Shown: positions 1-10,147 of the stretch, piece after piece
How the letters are laid out: every line of letters begins with the position of its first letter
Position numbering within the stretch: position 1 is the stretch's first letter
IMG/VR virus record: IMGVR_UViG_3300031455_000003
Span: 1-61,934 of that record
DNA length: 61,934 nt
Direction: 5' to 3' (one strand)
Source: a virus
Taxonomy: Duplodnaviria; Caudoviricetes
Notes under the pieces: generated by a model
Seen by the model: the letters and a program-made list of their open reading frames with translations, nothing else
Database searches by the model: none
Told to the model about the DNA's origin: nothing
Position numbers and translations under genes: made by a program

Positions 1-143
1 CGGCGGTCGGACCGTCGGTTTCACAGGACACCGGCGGCTCACCGATCAACCGCATCCGGTTTCAGTTCGACCCTAGCCCGACCTACAGCGTCGACGGCTA
101 CGAGTGGGAATTCCGGGTGGCATCCGGCGACTGGGAATCCGGG
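1..143. repeat. Terminal direct repeat, left copy (circular assembly overlap)
   Basis: 1-143 equals 61792-61934 except G127 vs A61918; the tail-tip ORF reads through the junction in frame. Confidence 0.95.
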
Positions 144-308
144 GGCTTCCTTGACGCCGAGACCCTGACGAGCGGCGGCAAGATCCGCGGCTACCTCAGC
201 TTCGTCAAAGAGGGCGAGACCTACGCGATCCGAGTGCGGGCGACCGCGGGCGGCTCGTCTTCCGACTTGCGAACGCTGACCGGCATCGTCGCGGGCAGCG
301 CGACCTAA
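1..308 (+). CDS. C-terminal part of tail tip (gpJ-like) protein that starts at 60270
   Basis: Same frame as 60270-end after removing the overlap; ends with FN3-like segment YEWEFRV...YAIRVRA; joined product about 609 aa. Confidence 0.85.
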   Translation, partial: AVGPSVSQDTGGSPINRIRFQFDPSPTYSVDGYEWEFRVASGDWESGGFLDAETLTSGGKIRGYLSFVKEGETYAIRVRATAGGSSSDLRTLTGIVAGSAT

Positions 309-318
309 GAGGGCATCA

Positions 319-3300
319 ATGGCAGCTCCGACTTTCAACCCGCCCTCTTCGGGCGGGTTTTCCGCGTTCACGGCCGAGGTTCAGCGCTGCCTGAACGCCA
401 TCGACGCAAGTGCGGTCAGCGGCAACCAGCGCAACATGCTGCATCGCCCCGGCGATTTCCCGGGCGGCTTTTCGCTGTCCAGCGGGCAGATCGTCGTCGG
501 GAACAATTCCGATGGCGATGTGGCGCGGATCACCGGACCGAACATCCTCTACAACCTTGGCCGGATCGACCTGACCACCACTTCGGCCGAGACCTACGAG
601 CTGCGCTTCGCCGTTCGCCGCCGCGAAAACCCTACCGACGCCGCCAACGACGCGGTCAAGTTCTGCGTCCGGTTCCTCGATCGGAACAAGGACACCGTCG
701 TCACCCGCACGCTGCGGACGATCACCGATCTCACCACGGCATCGGGGCGGGTCTACGAGACGTTCCGGGTTGCTCGAGGCGCGGGCCTGCCGAGCGACGT
801 CATCGCGCCGCCCGCGACCGGCGCGCCCCGCTACATGATGGCGCTGATCATCTTCGAGGGCGGCGCGAGCACCGTCACCGACGTGGAAATCCTCGGCATC
901 GAAGAGCTTGCCGTCGATCTTACCGCAGCCGAGGAAGCCCCCATTCTTCGGAACCTGGGCCACCGCCCCGGCGACACGCCCGGGGAATTCAACCTCCGCA
1001 TGGAGGGCGCTGCGGACGGCGTCGTCACGACCAACCAGAACGGCAAGGTCGTGCGCTTCACCGGCGTCGGCAGGCTTCTCAGCGAGGCCCCGCACAACAT
1101 CGAAGGAGACAACCTGTATCGGCTCAACTTCGCGTTCCGCCGGAACCTAGACAGTGATGATCCGAGCAACGACGGCGTGCGGATGCGCGTCCGGTATTTC
1201 GATCGGCTAAAGGAATATCTGTCCACCGCGACCCTGCAGAGCGTCACGGACCTGACCATTGCCAGCGGCCGGCTGACCCGCGCATTTTTCGTCGGGCGCG
1301 GCGCGGGGCATCCCGATGGAACCATCCAGCCGCCTATCGGGGCGTGCTACATGGGCGTCGCCGTCGACACGTTCGGCGTATCGTGCCGGACGGACATCGA
1401 GATTGCCGGCATCGAGCGCTTGCCAGCGCTTGCGCAGGGCGAGCAGGGCGTTCCCGGCGAGACGGGCGCTACCGGCACCGCCGGGCGCCGCGGTCCCCCG
1501 GGCGCGCCCGGGTCGTTCATGGGGTTCGAACTCGACGCCACCGGATCGTCACTGCCGGGCTCGGCGAGCAATGGCGACACCTTCGGCCTCATCAGCGGCG
1601 ACACCGTGACCAGCTACGTCTGGCTTGCGGGAGGCTGGAAACTCGTATTCCCGAGCACCCCGATGCACCATCCGAGCTACGGCCCTGCCGCCCCGAGCGT
1701 CTGGTCGATCCGTATCGTCGGCACGGGCTCGGTCGGCCCCTACAACATCGATTGGTCCGGGCCGATCATGCTGTTCGATCCGACCGGCGATTTCATCAGC
1801 CCCGACGACTACACGCGCACCAACGACACGGTGACGTTCGACAGCGCGATCGCCAATGCCGCCGTCATCTCCGGCATAGCCTTCGAGACCGGCGCGGGCT
1901 TCCAGGCGCAGGCGATCAGCATCACGGGCGACGGCACGGTTGGTCCCTATACCGTCCCGGCGAACACCGAGATCGTCATCCTGTTTTCGCCGGAAGGCCA
2001 GATCGCGCAGGAAGACTACACCCTGGTCGGCACTGATCTGACCTTCGACGCCGCGATCACCAACGGCGTCAAGGTGCAGGGCATCGGTATCGTCGGCACG
2101 CTCCGCAAGCAGCTGCCCGACGTGTTCGATAGCCGGGCCGAGGCGATCGCCTACGCCGTGCCGACCGGCATCGACACGATCCTGGTGCGCCACAACGGCG
2201 TTGTGCTGGCCTACAGGCGTGACGTCGACGGCGAGGCCCTGACCACGGCGGGCGGGATCAAGTGGGCTCCTGCGGGCAATCCGTCGCCGCTGCACTACGG
2301 CGCGCCCTGCAACGGGACCGACGATGACGCGCCCTACTTCTACACCTGCGGATTGGAGCACGGCCGCATCTACGGACTCGGCGCGACCTATCATTTCGAG
2401 ACGGGATGCGCTTGGCCGCGGGATCACCACGTGTCGGTCATCGACCTGACCGACACGACGATCAACCTCGACGCGTCGATGGGCTTCGTGCCGGCCTTCT
2501 CAATCCTCGGCTCTGGCCTTGCGGCGGGGACCGGAGGCGCGGGCATCCTCACTACTGCGGCCGAAAACATCGCGGCCGGCGTTCGCACCATCGAAGTGGC
2601 CGACGCCAGCGTGCTGGAAGTCGGCGGCGTCTACGAGATGGCGAGCGACGAATACTGGTCCGGCGTCACGGGCGTCTCGGGGTTCGGCGTGCAGCCGAAG
2701 GGCGAGATGATCCAGATCTCCGAGATCGCCGGAAACGACATCACGCTGCTGACGCCGACGCGGGACAGCTACGACAACGCCACCTACTCGGTTCGCTTCC
2801 GCCCGCTCAATCTGCTGCCCGGAGTGACCATTCGGGGCGGCACGATCAACGGGCTCAACCAGGATATCGGGGGCGAAGAGGGCGCGCTGGTCGAGGACTA
2901 TCCGACCGTCGCTCTGATCCAGTTCGCGCGCGACGTGACCATTGCCGGCATGAGCACGCGAGGCTTCGTCGCCTTCCAGATCAGGGCCTCGTTCTGCTTG
3001 AACGTCGAGGTCAGCAGCAACACCTTCCGCGGGCCGGACGTGGTGGAGGCGAACCTGCCCGAGCCGACGATCTACTGGGGCAAGGGTATCGAGGCCAGCT
3101 CCTGCGAGAGCGTCAGGTTTGTGAACAACTACGGCTGGCGTCTGCGCGCTCCGATCGACTGCCTCAGCTCGTCCACCTCGCTGATCTGCCGAGACGTGAC
3201 GATCGCAGGCAACGCCGCGACGGAGTGCTGGCGCGGCTTCTCCACGCACATGGTGGAGAATCTGACCGTGACGGGCAACGCCTGGCGCACGCGAAACGGG

Positions 3301-4389
3301 TTCTATTTCCGCGGCAAGAACCTGACGTTCGTCGGCAACACGCTCGACATCTACACCACCGATGAAGCCTACGCCTGCGGAATAGGCCTCGCGCCGATGA
3401 CCGTTGCGCACAGCGAGATCCCCGACGCGGGCCACATCGTCTTCAGCGACAACCTGATCGACTGCGGCGGGGCCACGGCGATCCGGGTCGCGACGTCGCT
3501 GCAGAGCTTCACCGCCGAGGGGAACGTCTTCAGTCACTGCGCCAGTGGCGTCCAGATCTGGGCGAAGTATGTCAAGAGCCTGCTGCTCCGGGGAAATACC
3601 TTCATTTCCAAGGAGGCGATGGACGCAGAGGCGACGAGCTACGGCGCGATCGTCACCAATCACGCCAACGTCCCACTGACCGAACTCGGGAACGTCGAGA
3701 TCGCCAGCAACAATTTCGTCGGGCGCTGGGGCTATGGCGTCGCGGTGCTCGGAACCGCCTCCGGCACAGGAGCGCGGCGGATCCGGATCATCACGAACAA
3801 CTTCGGCTCGCTTCGGCTGCGCGGCATCTCGTTCCAGGCGGATGGCTCGGACTACGGCAGCCACGGCAACTTCGCGGTCTCGCCGTTTGTCGATGACAAC
3901 GTGATCGACGTAGAGCCCGGCACCCCTGCCGACAACCTCGTCGTCCATCCGGCTGGGGGCGGCCCTGCCGCGGTCACCGGCTCGCGCCGCATGGGTGCGC
4001 CTCAGTATGTCGCGCGGCCCGAGGTTGCGACGGCGGATCCGCTGCTTGCTGTTTCCTACTCGGCCGGGATGCGCGAGCTCTTCGCGACGCCGATCGCTGC
4101 TGGCTACGAAGGGCGCGCCTGCACCGCTCCGGGAACCGGCCTGACGCTCTCCGGCATCACGGGCGGGATTTCCAGTGGCTCGCCGACGCTCGTCGTCAGC
4201 AGCGCCGCCGACATCTTCGTCGGCTCCTATCTGACCGTGGCCGGGTCCGGCCTCGCCAGCAATACGCGCGTGATCGCCAAGAACGGCACGACGCTGACCC
4301 TGAGCGGCAATGCCGCCAACACCGTCGCCGGCGCAGCCGTCGCGCGGCAAGCCCCGACTTTCAAGGGCTTCGGCGCAGTCCAGGCCTAA
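319..4389 (+). CDS. Tail fibre/tailspike: two tandem N-terminal domains, collagen linker, right-handed beta-helix (putative depolymerase)
   Basis: 1356 aa; duplicated HRPGD...TD(V/I)EI domain; Gly-X-Y run GEQGVPGETGATGTAGRRGPPGAPG; YGAPCNGTDDDAP entry motif followed by Asn-ladder repeats; follows tail tip gene. Confidence 0.8.
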   Translation: MAAPTFNPPSSGGFSAFTAEVQRCLNAIDASAVSGNQRNMLHRPGDFPGGFSLSSGQIVVGNNSDGDVARITGPNILYNLGRIDLTTTSAETYELRFAVRRRENPTDAANDAVKFCVRFLDRNKDTVVTRTLRTITDLTTASGRVYETFRVARGAGLPSDVIAPPATGAPRYMMALIIFEGGASTVTDVEILGIEELAVDLTAAEEAPILRNLGHRPGDTPGEFNLRMEGAADGVVTTNQNGKVVRFTGVGRLLSEAPHNIEGDNLYRLNFAFRRNLDSDDPSNDGVRMRVRYFDRLKEYLSTATLQSVTDLTIASGRLTRAFFVGRGAGHPDGTIQPPIGACYMGVAVDTFGVSCRTDIEIAGIERLPALAQGEQGVPGETGATGTAGRRGPPGAPGSFMGFELDATGSSLPGSASNGDTFGLISGDTVTSYVWLAGGWKLVFPSTPMHHPSYGPAAPSVWSIRIVGTGSVGPYNIDWSGPIMLFDPTGDFISPDDYTRTNDTVTFDSAIANAAVISGIAFETGAGFQAQAISITGDGTVGPYTVPANTEIVILFSPEGQIAQEDYTLVGTDLTFDAAITNGVKVQGIGIVGTLRKQLPDVFDSRAEAIAYAVPTGIDTILVRHNGVVLAYRRDVDGEALTTAGGIKWAPAGNPSPLHYGAPCNGTDDDAPYFYTCGLEHGRIYGLGATYHFETGCAWPRDHHVSVIDLTDTTINLDASMGFVPAFSILGSGLAAGTGGAGILTTAAENIAAGVRTIEVADASVLEVGGVYEMASDEYWSGVTGVSGFGVQPKGEMIQISEIAGNDITLLTPTRDSYDNATYSVRFRPLNLLPGVTIRGGTINGLNQDIGGEEGALVEDYPTVALIQFARDVTIAGMSTRGFVAFQIRASFCLNVEVSSNTFRGPDVVEANLPEPTIYWGKGIEASSCESVRFVNNYGWRLRAPIDCLSSSTSLICRDVTIAGNAATECWRGFSTHMVENLTVTGNAWRTRNGFYFRGKNLTFVGNTLDIYTTDEAYACGIGLAPMTVAHSEIPDAGHIVFSDNLIDCGGATAIRVATSLQSFTAEGNVFSHCASGVQIWAKYVKSLLLRGNTFISKEAMDAEATSYGAIVTNHANVPLTELGNVEIASNNFVGRWGYGVAVLGTASGTGARRIRIITNNFGSLRLRGISFQADGSDYGSHGNFAVSPFVDDNVIDVEPGTPADNLVVHPAGGGPAAVTGSRRMGAPQYVARPEVATADPLLAVSYSAGMRELFATPIAAGYEGRACTAPGTGLTLSGITGGISSGSPTLVVSSAADIFVGSYLTVAGSGLASNTRVIAKNGTTLTLSGNAANTVAGAAVARQAPTFKGFGAVQA

Positions 4390-4417
4390 CCCCCTTACCT
4401 CCGAGAGGAATTACGGC

Positions 4418-5719
4418 ATGGCAACAGGCACGCCTGTCCCGTTCGATTCCGAGGTCCACAAGCCTCAGGTCTGGAACGCCGAAACGAAGCGCCCGGAGAT
4501 AGTCGATCCGGAGACGATGAACCTTGGGGGCGGCGGTGGGGATGCCGACCTTACCGAGATCACGGAGCGTGTCGAGGCGGTCGAGACGGGCGTTGCTGCG
4601 GCGGCCGGCGTGGCTGCTGGCGCGGCGTCCGCCGCATCTGCCGCCGCCGCCGCCGCTTCGGCCGCGCAATCGACGGCGGACACGGCCAACGCCACCGCCT
4701 CGGCGGCTGCCCCAAAGCCGATCTTCGATACGGCGGCCCGCTTCACGAGCGGGGATGCATTCACCGAGCTTTCCCCGCCGCAGACGACGCTACTGGCCGG
4801 GCAGGAAGGTTACGAGACCGACACGGACAAGAGCAAGGTCAGCCCGGACGGAACGACGGCTTGGGGCGACCTCGACTACCGGGAGATCGGCGAGGGCGGC
4901 GGCGGCGATGATGCTGTCGCGCAGATGAATACCGAGGTCGGAAACCCGGTCACGGAGAAGATCGTCCAAACGACCGGCTCTGGCGGGTTCAAGTCGACGT
5001 CGGCGGGCGCTATGCTGTTCGCCAACGCCGCCGAGGTGCTGTCCGAAGCCGCCCTCCCCGTGGGCGTCTCCACGCTCCACGCGATGGACCTCGACAAGGC
5101 CGGCACGCCGCAGTTCGCCGCCATCGAACTCGGGCACGCGTCCGACACGACGATCACCCGAGTTTCTGCCGGCGTGATCGCGGTCGAGGGTGTAAATGTG
5201 CTCCTGTCGGGCGCATCGTCACCCGAGTTCACCACTATTCAACTCGGCCACGCCAGCGACACGACACTTGCCCGCGTCTCGGCCGGCGTGATGTCGGTTG
5301 AGGGCGCGACCGTGCTGGTATCTGGCGGGGCGCTCGGGACGCCCGCGTCCGGCGTTGCCACAAACATTACCGGGCTGGTCGCTGCGAACCTGCTCGGAGG
5401 CACGCTCGCCGCCGGCGTGGGTTACAAGGAGACCGTAGGCGCGGACGGAACCAAATCCTCCGGCACATACACTCCGGACGCCACCACCGGGAACATCCGC
5501 ACCGCGACGAACGGCGGCGCTCATACCCTCGGCGTCCCTACCGGAACCGGGACGGTGATCGTCCACTATACGAACAACGGCTCGGCGGGCGCGATCACGA
5601 CCTCGGGCTTCACCAAGGTCGTCGGGTCGTTCACCACGACGAACGGGCACAAGTTCTATTGCACGATCGTCACCATCGCGGGCGGCGACAGCCTGCTCAA
5701 CATCGTGGCGATGCAGTAA
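4418..5719 (+). CDS. Tail fibre-like protein
   Basis: ATG after GAGAGGA; Ala-rich coil; LLAGQEGYETDT...DGTTAWGDLDY motif typical of Mtd/hyaluronidase-type fibre N-domains; internal repeat P(Q/E)FxxI(E/Q)LGHASDTTxxRVSAGV x2. Confidence 0.7.
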   Translation: MATGTPVPFDSEVHKPQVWNAETKRPEIVDPETMNLGGGGGDADLTEITERVEAVETGVAAAAGVAAGAASAASAAAAAASAAQSTADTANATASAAAPKPIFDTAARFTSGDAFTELSPPQTTLLAGQEGYETDTDKSKVSPDGTTAWGDLDYREIGEGGGGDDAVAQMNTEVGNPVTEKIVQTTGSGGFKSTSAGAMLFANAAEVLSEAALPVGVSTLHAMDLDKAGTPQFAAIELGHASDTTITRVSAGVIAVEGVNVLLSGASSPEFTTIQLGHASDTTLARVSAGVMSVEGATVLVSGGALGTPASGVATNITGLVAANLLGGTLAAGVGYKETVGADGTKSSGTYTPDATTGNIRTATNGGAHTLGVPTGTGTVIVHYTNNGSAGAITTSGFTKVVGSFTTTNGHKFYCTIVTIAGGDSLLNIVAMQ

Positions 5720-6459
5720 TGCCAGGCCTGATCACCCTCGATCGGCCGAAGCTGATCAGGCCAGCCGCGCCCTATCTGTCGCGCGCCCATGTGCGCGACA
5801 TCATGCGGCAGATGCGCAAGGAGGAGCGCGCAGGCCTGACGCCCGGCGGCATCGGTCTGATCGCCGGCACGACCAGCGCATCCGTTTCCCTCGCCGCCAA
5901 CCCCGAGGGCATCAACTCCGACCAGATCACCATGACGGCAGGCGCAAACCGGACCGCCGGCGCGCTCCTGATCACGATCGCCACGAACTTCAGCCTGACC
6001 ATCCCCGACGTCCCGGCCACATCCGGATCGTTCCTGTCGAGCCTCGGGACATGGAGCGCCAACAGCAACGCCGGGCGCGTGTCGGCCGGGATCATCCCCG
6101 GCGCATGGGACGGAGTGCTGGACGGCGACGGAACGCGCATCGCGGCGGCGGTGCTGCTGAACGCAACTGCGACCGCCAATTTCGTCTCTACCACGGCCGA
6201 GGGCTCGGGCGCGTCTTTCCCGTTCCCGACAATCACCCCGACCGGCTCCAAATTCTTGTGGCGCTTCTACTACGGCGCACAGGACGAGGTTCTGCCGGTC
6301 GTCGCTTCCGCGACCGCCAACCACGTATGCTTCGGCACTGGGTTCGGCGGGTCGCTCATCAGCTTCGCCTACCAGTCCCTGTCGTCTGGCTGGACCGCCG
6401 CGAACGGCTCGCGGGTCCTCTACGACTACATGGCCAGCGCCGGCGGCTCGGCGGCCTGA
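5719..6459 (+). CDS. Hypothetical tail-associated protein
   Basis: TAATG-coupled to upstream gene; G/S/T/A-rich beta-type composition. Confidence 0.6.
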   Translation: MPGLITLDRPKLIRPAAPYLSRAHVRDIMRQMRKEERAGLTPGGIGLIAGTTSASVSLAANPEGINSDQITMTAGANRTAGALLITIATNFSLTIPDVPATSGSFLSSLGTWSANSNAGRVSAGIIPGAWDGVLDGDGTRIAAAVLLNATATANFVSTTAEGSGASFPFPTITPTGSKFLWRFYYGAQDEVLPVVASATANHVCFGTGFGGSLISFAYQSLSSGWTAANGSRVLYDYMASAGGSAA

Positions 6460-6671
6460 TGGCGACCCGCGCGGAGCTCGAAGCTGAGATCGCGGCGCGC
6501 AAGGCGGAGGTCGCCGCTCAGCCGCGTGAGCGTGCCGCATGGCTCGATTGGGACGTGAAATACCACCGCGTCACAATCGCCGATCTTGTCTGGACCCGCC
6601 GCGGCTGGGTCGAGGCCGACATGATCGCCGAGGCGGACCGGGTCATCAAGACGCTGGAGGCCCGCGGATGA
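6459..6671 (+). CDS. Hypothetical protein (70 aa)
   Basis: TGATG coupling upstream, ATGA coupling downstream. Confidence 0.6.
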   Translation: MATRAELEAEIAARKAEVAAQPRERAAWLDWDVKYHRVTIADLVWTRRGWVEADMIAEADRVIKTLEARG

Positions 6672-9600
6672 CGTTCTACCTCCAGGCCGACGGCACGTTC
6701 CCGGTCCTCGCCAACGGCGAGGGCGGCGTGCGGGTGGTGCTGGTCAGCAGCCCGACCGAGCAGAGCGTCGAGGGTCGGGCGGTGCTGCGGCTTGAACGCG
6801 GGTCCTTTGCCGGCGAAGGCGGTGGCGGCTCGGCGCTCGACGGCGTTCGCATCACGGTGGAGAGCGTTCCGGGCTCGGAGACCGTGGTCTACGGCGTCGG
6901 TCACGACGGGACGCGGTTCCAGGTCCCGGTCGATACGCCGGCGACCTTCACCTATGCCGAGGTGGGGTCGAGCCCGAACTCTCCGACGCTGTTCCTCAAC
7001 TTCAGCCTCAACGCGGACCTGCTTGGCCTGCAGGCGACGGAAGAGCTTGAGCTAATCCCGACCTTCGCCTGGACCGATCCGGCGGTCCCGGTCCTGACCT
7101 TCGTCAATGGCCCCTACGAGGGCGCAGGGCCGGTCCTGATCGACCTCGCGGTGGCGAACCAGGGCACGTTCCTTGACGTGATGATGCAGAGCCGCGTGGC
7201 CCCGGCGGGGCCGTGGAGCGCGTTCTTCCCCGTCTGGACCACCAGCATCCCGCAGTTCTTCGTGAACCAGCAGGTGCGCGTGCGCCAGCGGCAGCTGGAT
7301 GCGGACGGAGTAACCATACAAGAGGTCTACTCCGTCGAGAGCGAGACGATCCAGACGCCGCCGATCCAGCCGCCCGTCGCGCTGATCAGCGCCGACGTCG
7401 TCTTCGCGGATGGCCTCTGGGTCCCCGAGGATACCGAGCCGGTGTTCCGCCCGGTGCTCAAAATCCCCGGCCTGGTCGACGAGCCCTACGTTGCCGGCGT
7501 GCAGTGGACGAACTCGCCCGGCGACAACGTCCCTGACAGCCAGTGGGAAGATCTTCGCCTGGCGGCCGTGGAGTATGGCGACAGCTCCCCCGCGGATTGG
7601 ATGGACTTCGACGCCGATACCGAGTTCGCGCCTTTCCATTCGAACACGCCGGGCAGCAACACCGGCATCCCTCCCGAGCAGGGCGGCCCCGACTACAGCA
7701 CCTACATCGAGACGAGCGCGCGGCGGAACACCTTCTGGCTGCGGTGGAAGAAGGAGCCGCTACAGCCCTGGTCGCCCAAGTCCGTAATCTTCCCGATCCC
7801 GCTCCCGCCGGACGCGCCGGCTCCCGAGGTGCCGCCGCCGGATCCGACCGCGTTCCTGTGGCGGCAGCGCCCGCGGCGCATCGAGAGCCAGACGAGCGCC
7901 ACGGCGACCTTCGCCAACCCCGCGCCGACGGCGAACTATCCGCAGCACTACCCGAAAGGCCCCTACGGCGGCGAGGGGCTGCAGATCTGCTCCTGCTCGC
8001 ATCTCGCCTCCGACGGCACGCTCTGGCGCGGCGGCGACATGCACGGCCTGCGCTTCTCGCTCGATGATGGCCGGACCTGGGTCTACCCGGACGCGATCGG
8101 CTGCACCGCCTACATCATGCACTCGATCACCACCGACCCGGGCAACCCGGATGTCGTGCTCGTCGCGGGCATGGCCGGATGGGACGCGCGCGGCGCGAAC
8201 ACCGGCGGCATTTTCCGCAGCACGAACAAGGGCAAGACCTTCACGCTCGTCGTGGCGATGAACAACGCCCTGTGCGGCTTCCCGCAGGAGAAGTGCGACA
8301 GCTTCGCGGTGCAGCTCGGGGGCGGCGCGGCCTCGCGGCGCATCCGCTTCTGGCAGTGGAGCGACCGGCTCAGCTTTCAGTCCCGGTTCCATTCGTCCAA
8401 CGACAGCGGCATGACGTGGTCGTCGGTCGCCCTCGGTCTCGGGACGGAGCGATGCCACCGGCTCGAGCCGCACTCGACGCAGGGCACCTTCTACGCCGCG
8501 ACGACGGCAGGGCTGCGCAAGACCACGAACGACGGCGCGAGCTGGGCAACCGTCGGCGGCATGTCGGGCAACATCACCGACCTATGGGTGCTGCCGACGA
8601 ACCGGGATGTCCTCTTCGTCGCCCGCTACTCGGATGGCGTCTGGTATTCGAGCAACGGCGGGGCGAGCTTCACCCGCATCCTCGCGGTCAGCGACGTGAT
8701 GAACATCGCCGTCGGCGCGGTCGATGGCGCAGGCAAGCGGACCCTTGTGGCCGGACGGCACATCTTCACGCAGCGCATCGTCTACCACAACGACTGGACC
8801 GTCGGCACGACGCCGAACACGGGGATCACCGGCAACGCCGCAACCGGCTGGGCGACGAGCGCGCAGAACGGGCCGGACCCGAGCGACAATTCCGGCCACC
8901 TCGCGACGATGAACGGCGGGCCGATCGTCCATGTCGAGGGCCATCTCACCGATCCGAACATCTTCACCACGGACGGCTTCGCCCTGCCGTGGATCAGCAC
9001 GAACCGAGCTCGAAACTTCCGGGCTGCGGATGGCTATTGCGGGTCCAACCCGAGCTGCCTCGCCTTCATACCCGGGCAGGCGGGCCAGGTCGTTCTTGGC
9101 ATCGCCGACGAGCTGATCCACTGGCATTTCGACTACGGCCGCTATGGGACGCGGCCTGCCTATGGCGGCTCGGCTGCTCTCGCCGCCGCCATCGCAGCGA
9201 ACGCGACGCAGGGCAACAACTTCCACGGCATCACCGTCCTGCCGAACGGCCGGATCATCGCGCAGCTCGGCGGGCCGAACGGTGAGGGCTGCATCGTCTA
9301 CAAGAGCGCCGGGGCCGGGGACTGGGTGACCTTCTCCGGTCAGAACGAGGCGGCCGGCGGCCTTGTTCGCGTCAGCGGCAGCGCCACCGGGGCATCCTAT
9401 CGCCGGCGAGGCGGCTACCACCAGCAGAACCCCAACATCGTCTGGCTCGGGCCGAACCGCTCCACCAACGGCGGCCTGAGCTGGGGCAGCATGGGCTCGC
9501 TCGAATACGCCGCGCACTCGATTCAGAACAGCGACATCGTCTTCGGGATCAGCGGCAACACGATCATGCGGAGCGCCAACGCCGGCGCTTCCTGGGCGGC

Positions 9601-10114
9601 GTGGTATGCGCTCAGCCACAATCCCCGCAGCACCGGCGGCGAGCCGCACATCTGGCCGGCGCGGCACGATAGCAGCCTGGTCCTGACGACCCTGCCGAAC
9701 TACGACATTCAGCTGCTCAAGGGCACGACAAGCGTTACGGCGGCGATCGACCTGAACTTGGTCGGCTCGGGCAACCTGATCCCGGACAACCCCCACATCC
9801 TGACCCGGATGGCGACGTGGTGCCCGCTGGACCCCCTGCGGTTCTATGTCGGCTATCACAATCCAGGCGGCCCCGTCGTGATCATGGGCTATTTCAACGC
9901 CGCCTATACGGCCTGCACCTGGACCGATGTCACCCGCAACTTCCCGCGGACCGTGATGGGCGTCGGGGTTCAGTGCCACCCCGATACGGGCGAGCTGTTC
10001 GGCTATTCAGGCTGCGGCGTCTGCGTCCTCGCGCCCCCGACCGGCGCTCCCGTCGGCGGCCACTACGCTCAAGCTGCGCTGCCGTTCTTCAATGGCACGG
10101 TCTATGTGCCGTGA
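6668..10114 (+). CDS. Asp-box (BNR) beta-propeller protein, GH74/sialidase-like putative virion glycosidase or adhesin
   Basis: 1148 aa; about 8 Asp-boxes (SLDDGRTW, STNKGKTF, SNDSGMTW, TNDGASW, SSNGGASF, STNRARNF, STNGGLSW, SANAGASW); Pro-rich linkers. Confidence 0.75.
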   Translation: MTFYLQADGTFPVLANGEGGVRVVLVSSPTEQSVEGRAVLRLERGSFAGEGGGGSALDGVRITVESVPGSETVVYGVGHDGTRFQVPVDTPATFTYAEVGSSPNSPTLFLNFSLNADLLGLQATEELELIPTFAWTDPAVPVLTFVNGPYEGAGPVLIDLAVANQGTFLDVMMQSRVAPAGPWSAFFPVWTTSIPQFFVNQQVRVRQRQLDADGVTIQEVYSVESETIQTPPIQPPVALISADVVFADGLWVPEDTEPVFRPVLKIPGLVDEPYVAGVQWTNSPGDNVPDSQWEDLRLAAVEYGDSSPADWMDFDADTEFAPFHSNTPGSNTGIPPEQGGPDYSTYIETSARRNTFWLRWKKEPLQPWSPKSVIFPIPLPPDAPAPEVPPPDPTAFLWRQRPRRIESQTSATATFANPAPTANYPQHYPKGPYGGEGLQICSCSHLASDGTLWRGGDMHGLRFSLDDGRTWVYPDAIGCTAYIMHSITTDPGNPDVVLVAGMAGWDARGANTGGIFRSTNKGKTFTLVVAMNNALCGFPQEKCDSFAVQLGGGAASRRIRFWQWSDRLSFQSRFHSSNDSGMTWSSVALGLGTERCHRLEPHSTQGTFYAATTAGLRKTTNDGASWATVGGMSGNITDLWVLPTNRDVLFVARYSDGVWYSSNGGASFTRILAVSDVMNIAVGAVDGAGKRTLVAGRHIFTQRIVYHNDWTVGTTPNTGITGNAATGWATSAQNGPDPSDNSGHLATMNGGPIVHVEGHLTDPNIFTTDGFALPWISTNRARNFRAADGYCGSNPSCLAFIPGQAGQVVLGIADELIHWHFDYGRYGTRPAYGGSAALAAAIAANATQGNNFHGITVLPNGRIIAQLGGPNGEGCIVYKSAGAGDWVTFSGQNEAAGGLVRVSGSATGASYRRRGGYHQQNPNIVWLGPNRSTNGGLSWGSMGSLEYAAHSIQNSDIVFGISGNTIMRSANAGASWAAWYALSHNPRSTGGEPHIWPARHDSSLVLTTLPNYDIQLLKGTTSVTAAIDLNLVGSGNLIPDNPHILTRMATWCPLDPLRFYVGYHNPGGPVVIMGYFNAAYTACTWTDVTRNFPRTVMGVGVQCHPDTGELFGYSGCGVCVLAPPTGAPVGGHYAQAALPFFNGTVYVP

Positions 10115-10147
10115 TGGGCGCGCTCCCGATCAGGTCAGGGGCCGCCC

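Noticed and set aside
1-143. Biological terminal repeat of the virion DNA
   Set aside because: It falls mid-gene and the HNH-terS-terL module implies cos ends near 37.6 kb; best explained as assembly overlap.
2500-4350. Long antisense ORFs (616 aa here, also 8582-9979, 42455-43729, 51403-52563, 59832-61190)
   Set aside because: Shadow frames of GC-rich genes; no recognisable motifs.
4418-5719. Diversity-generating retroelement target (Mtd-like N-terminal motif)
   Set aside because: No reverse transcriptase ORF and no adenine-mismatched TR/VR pair seen.
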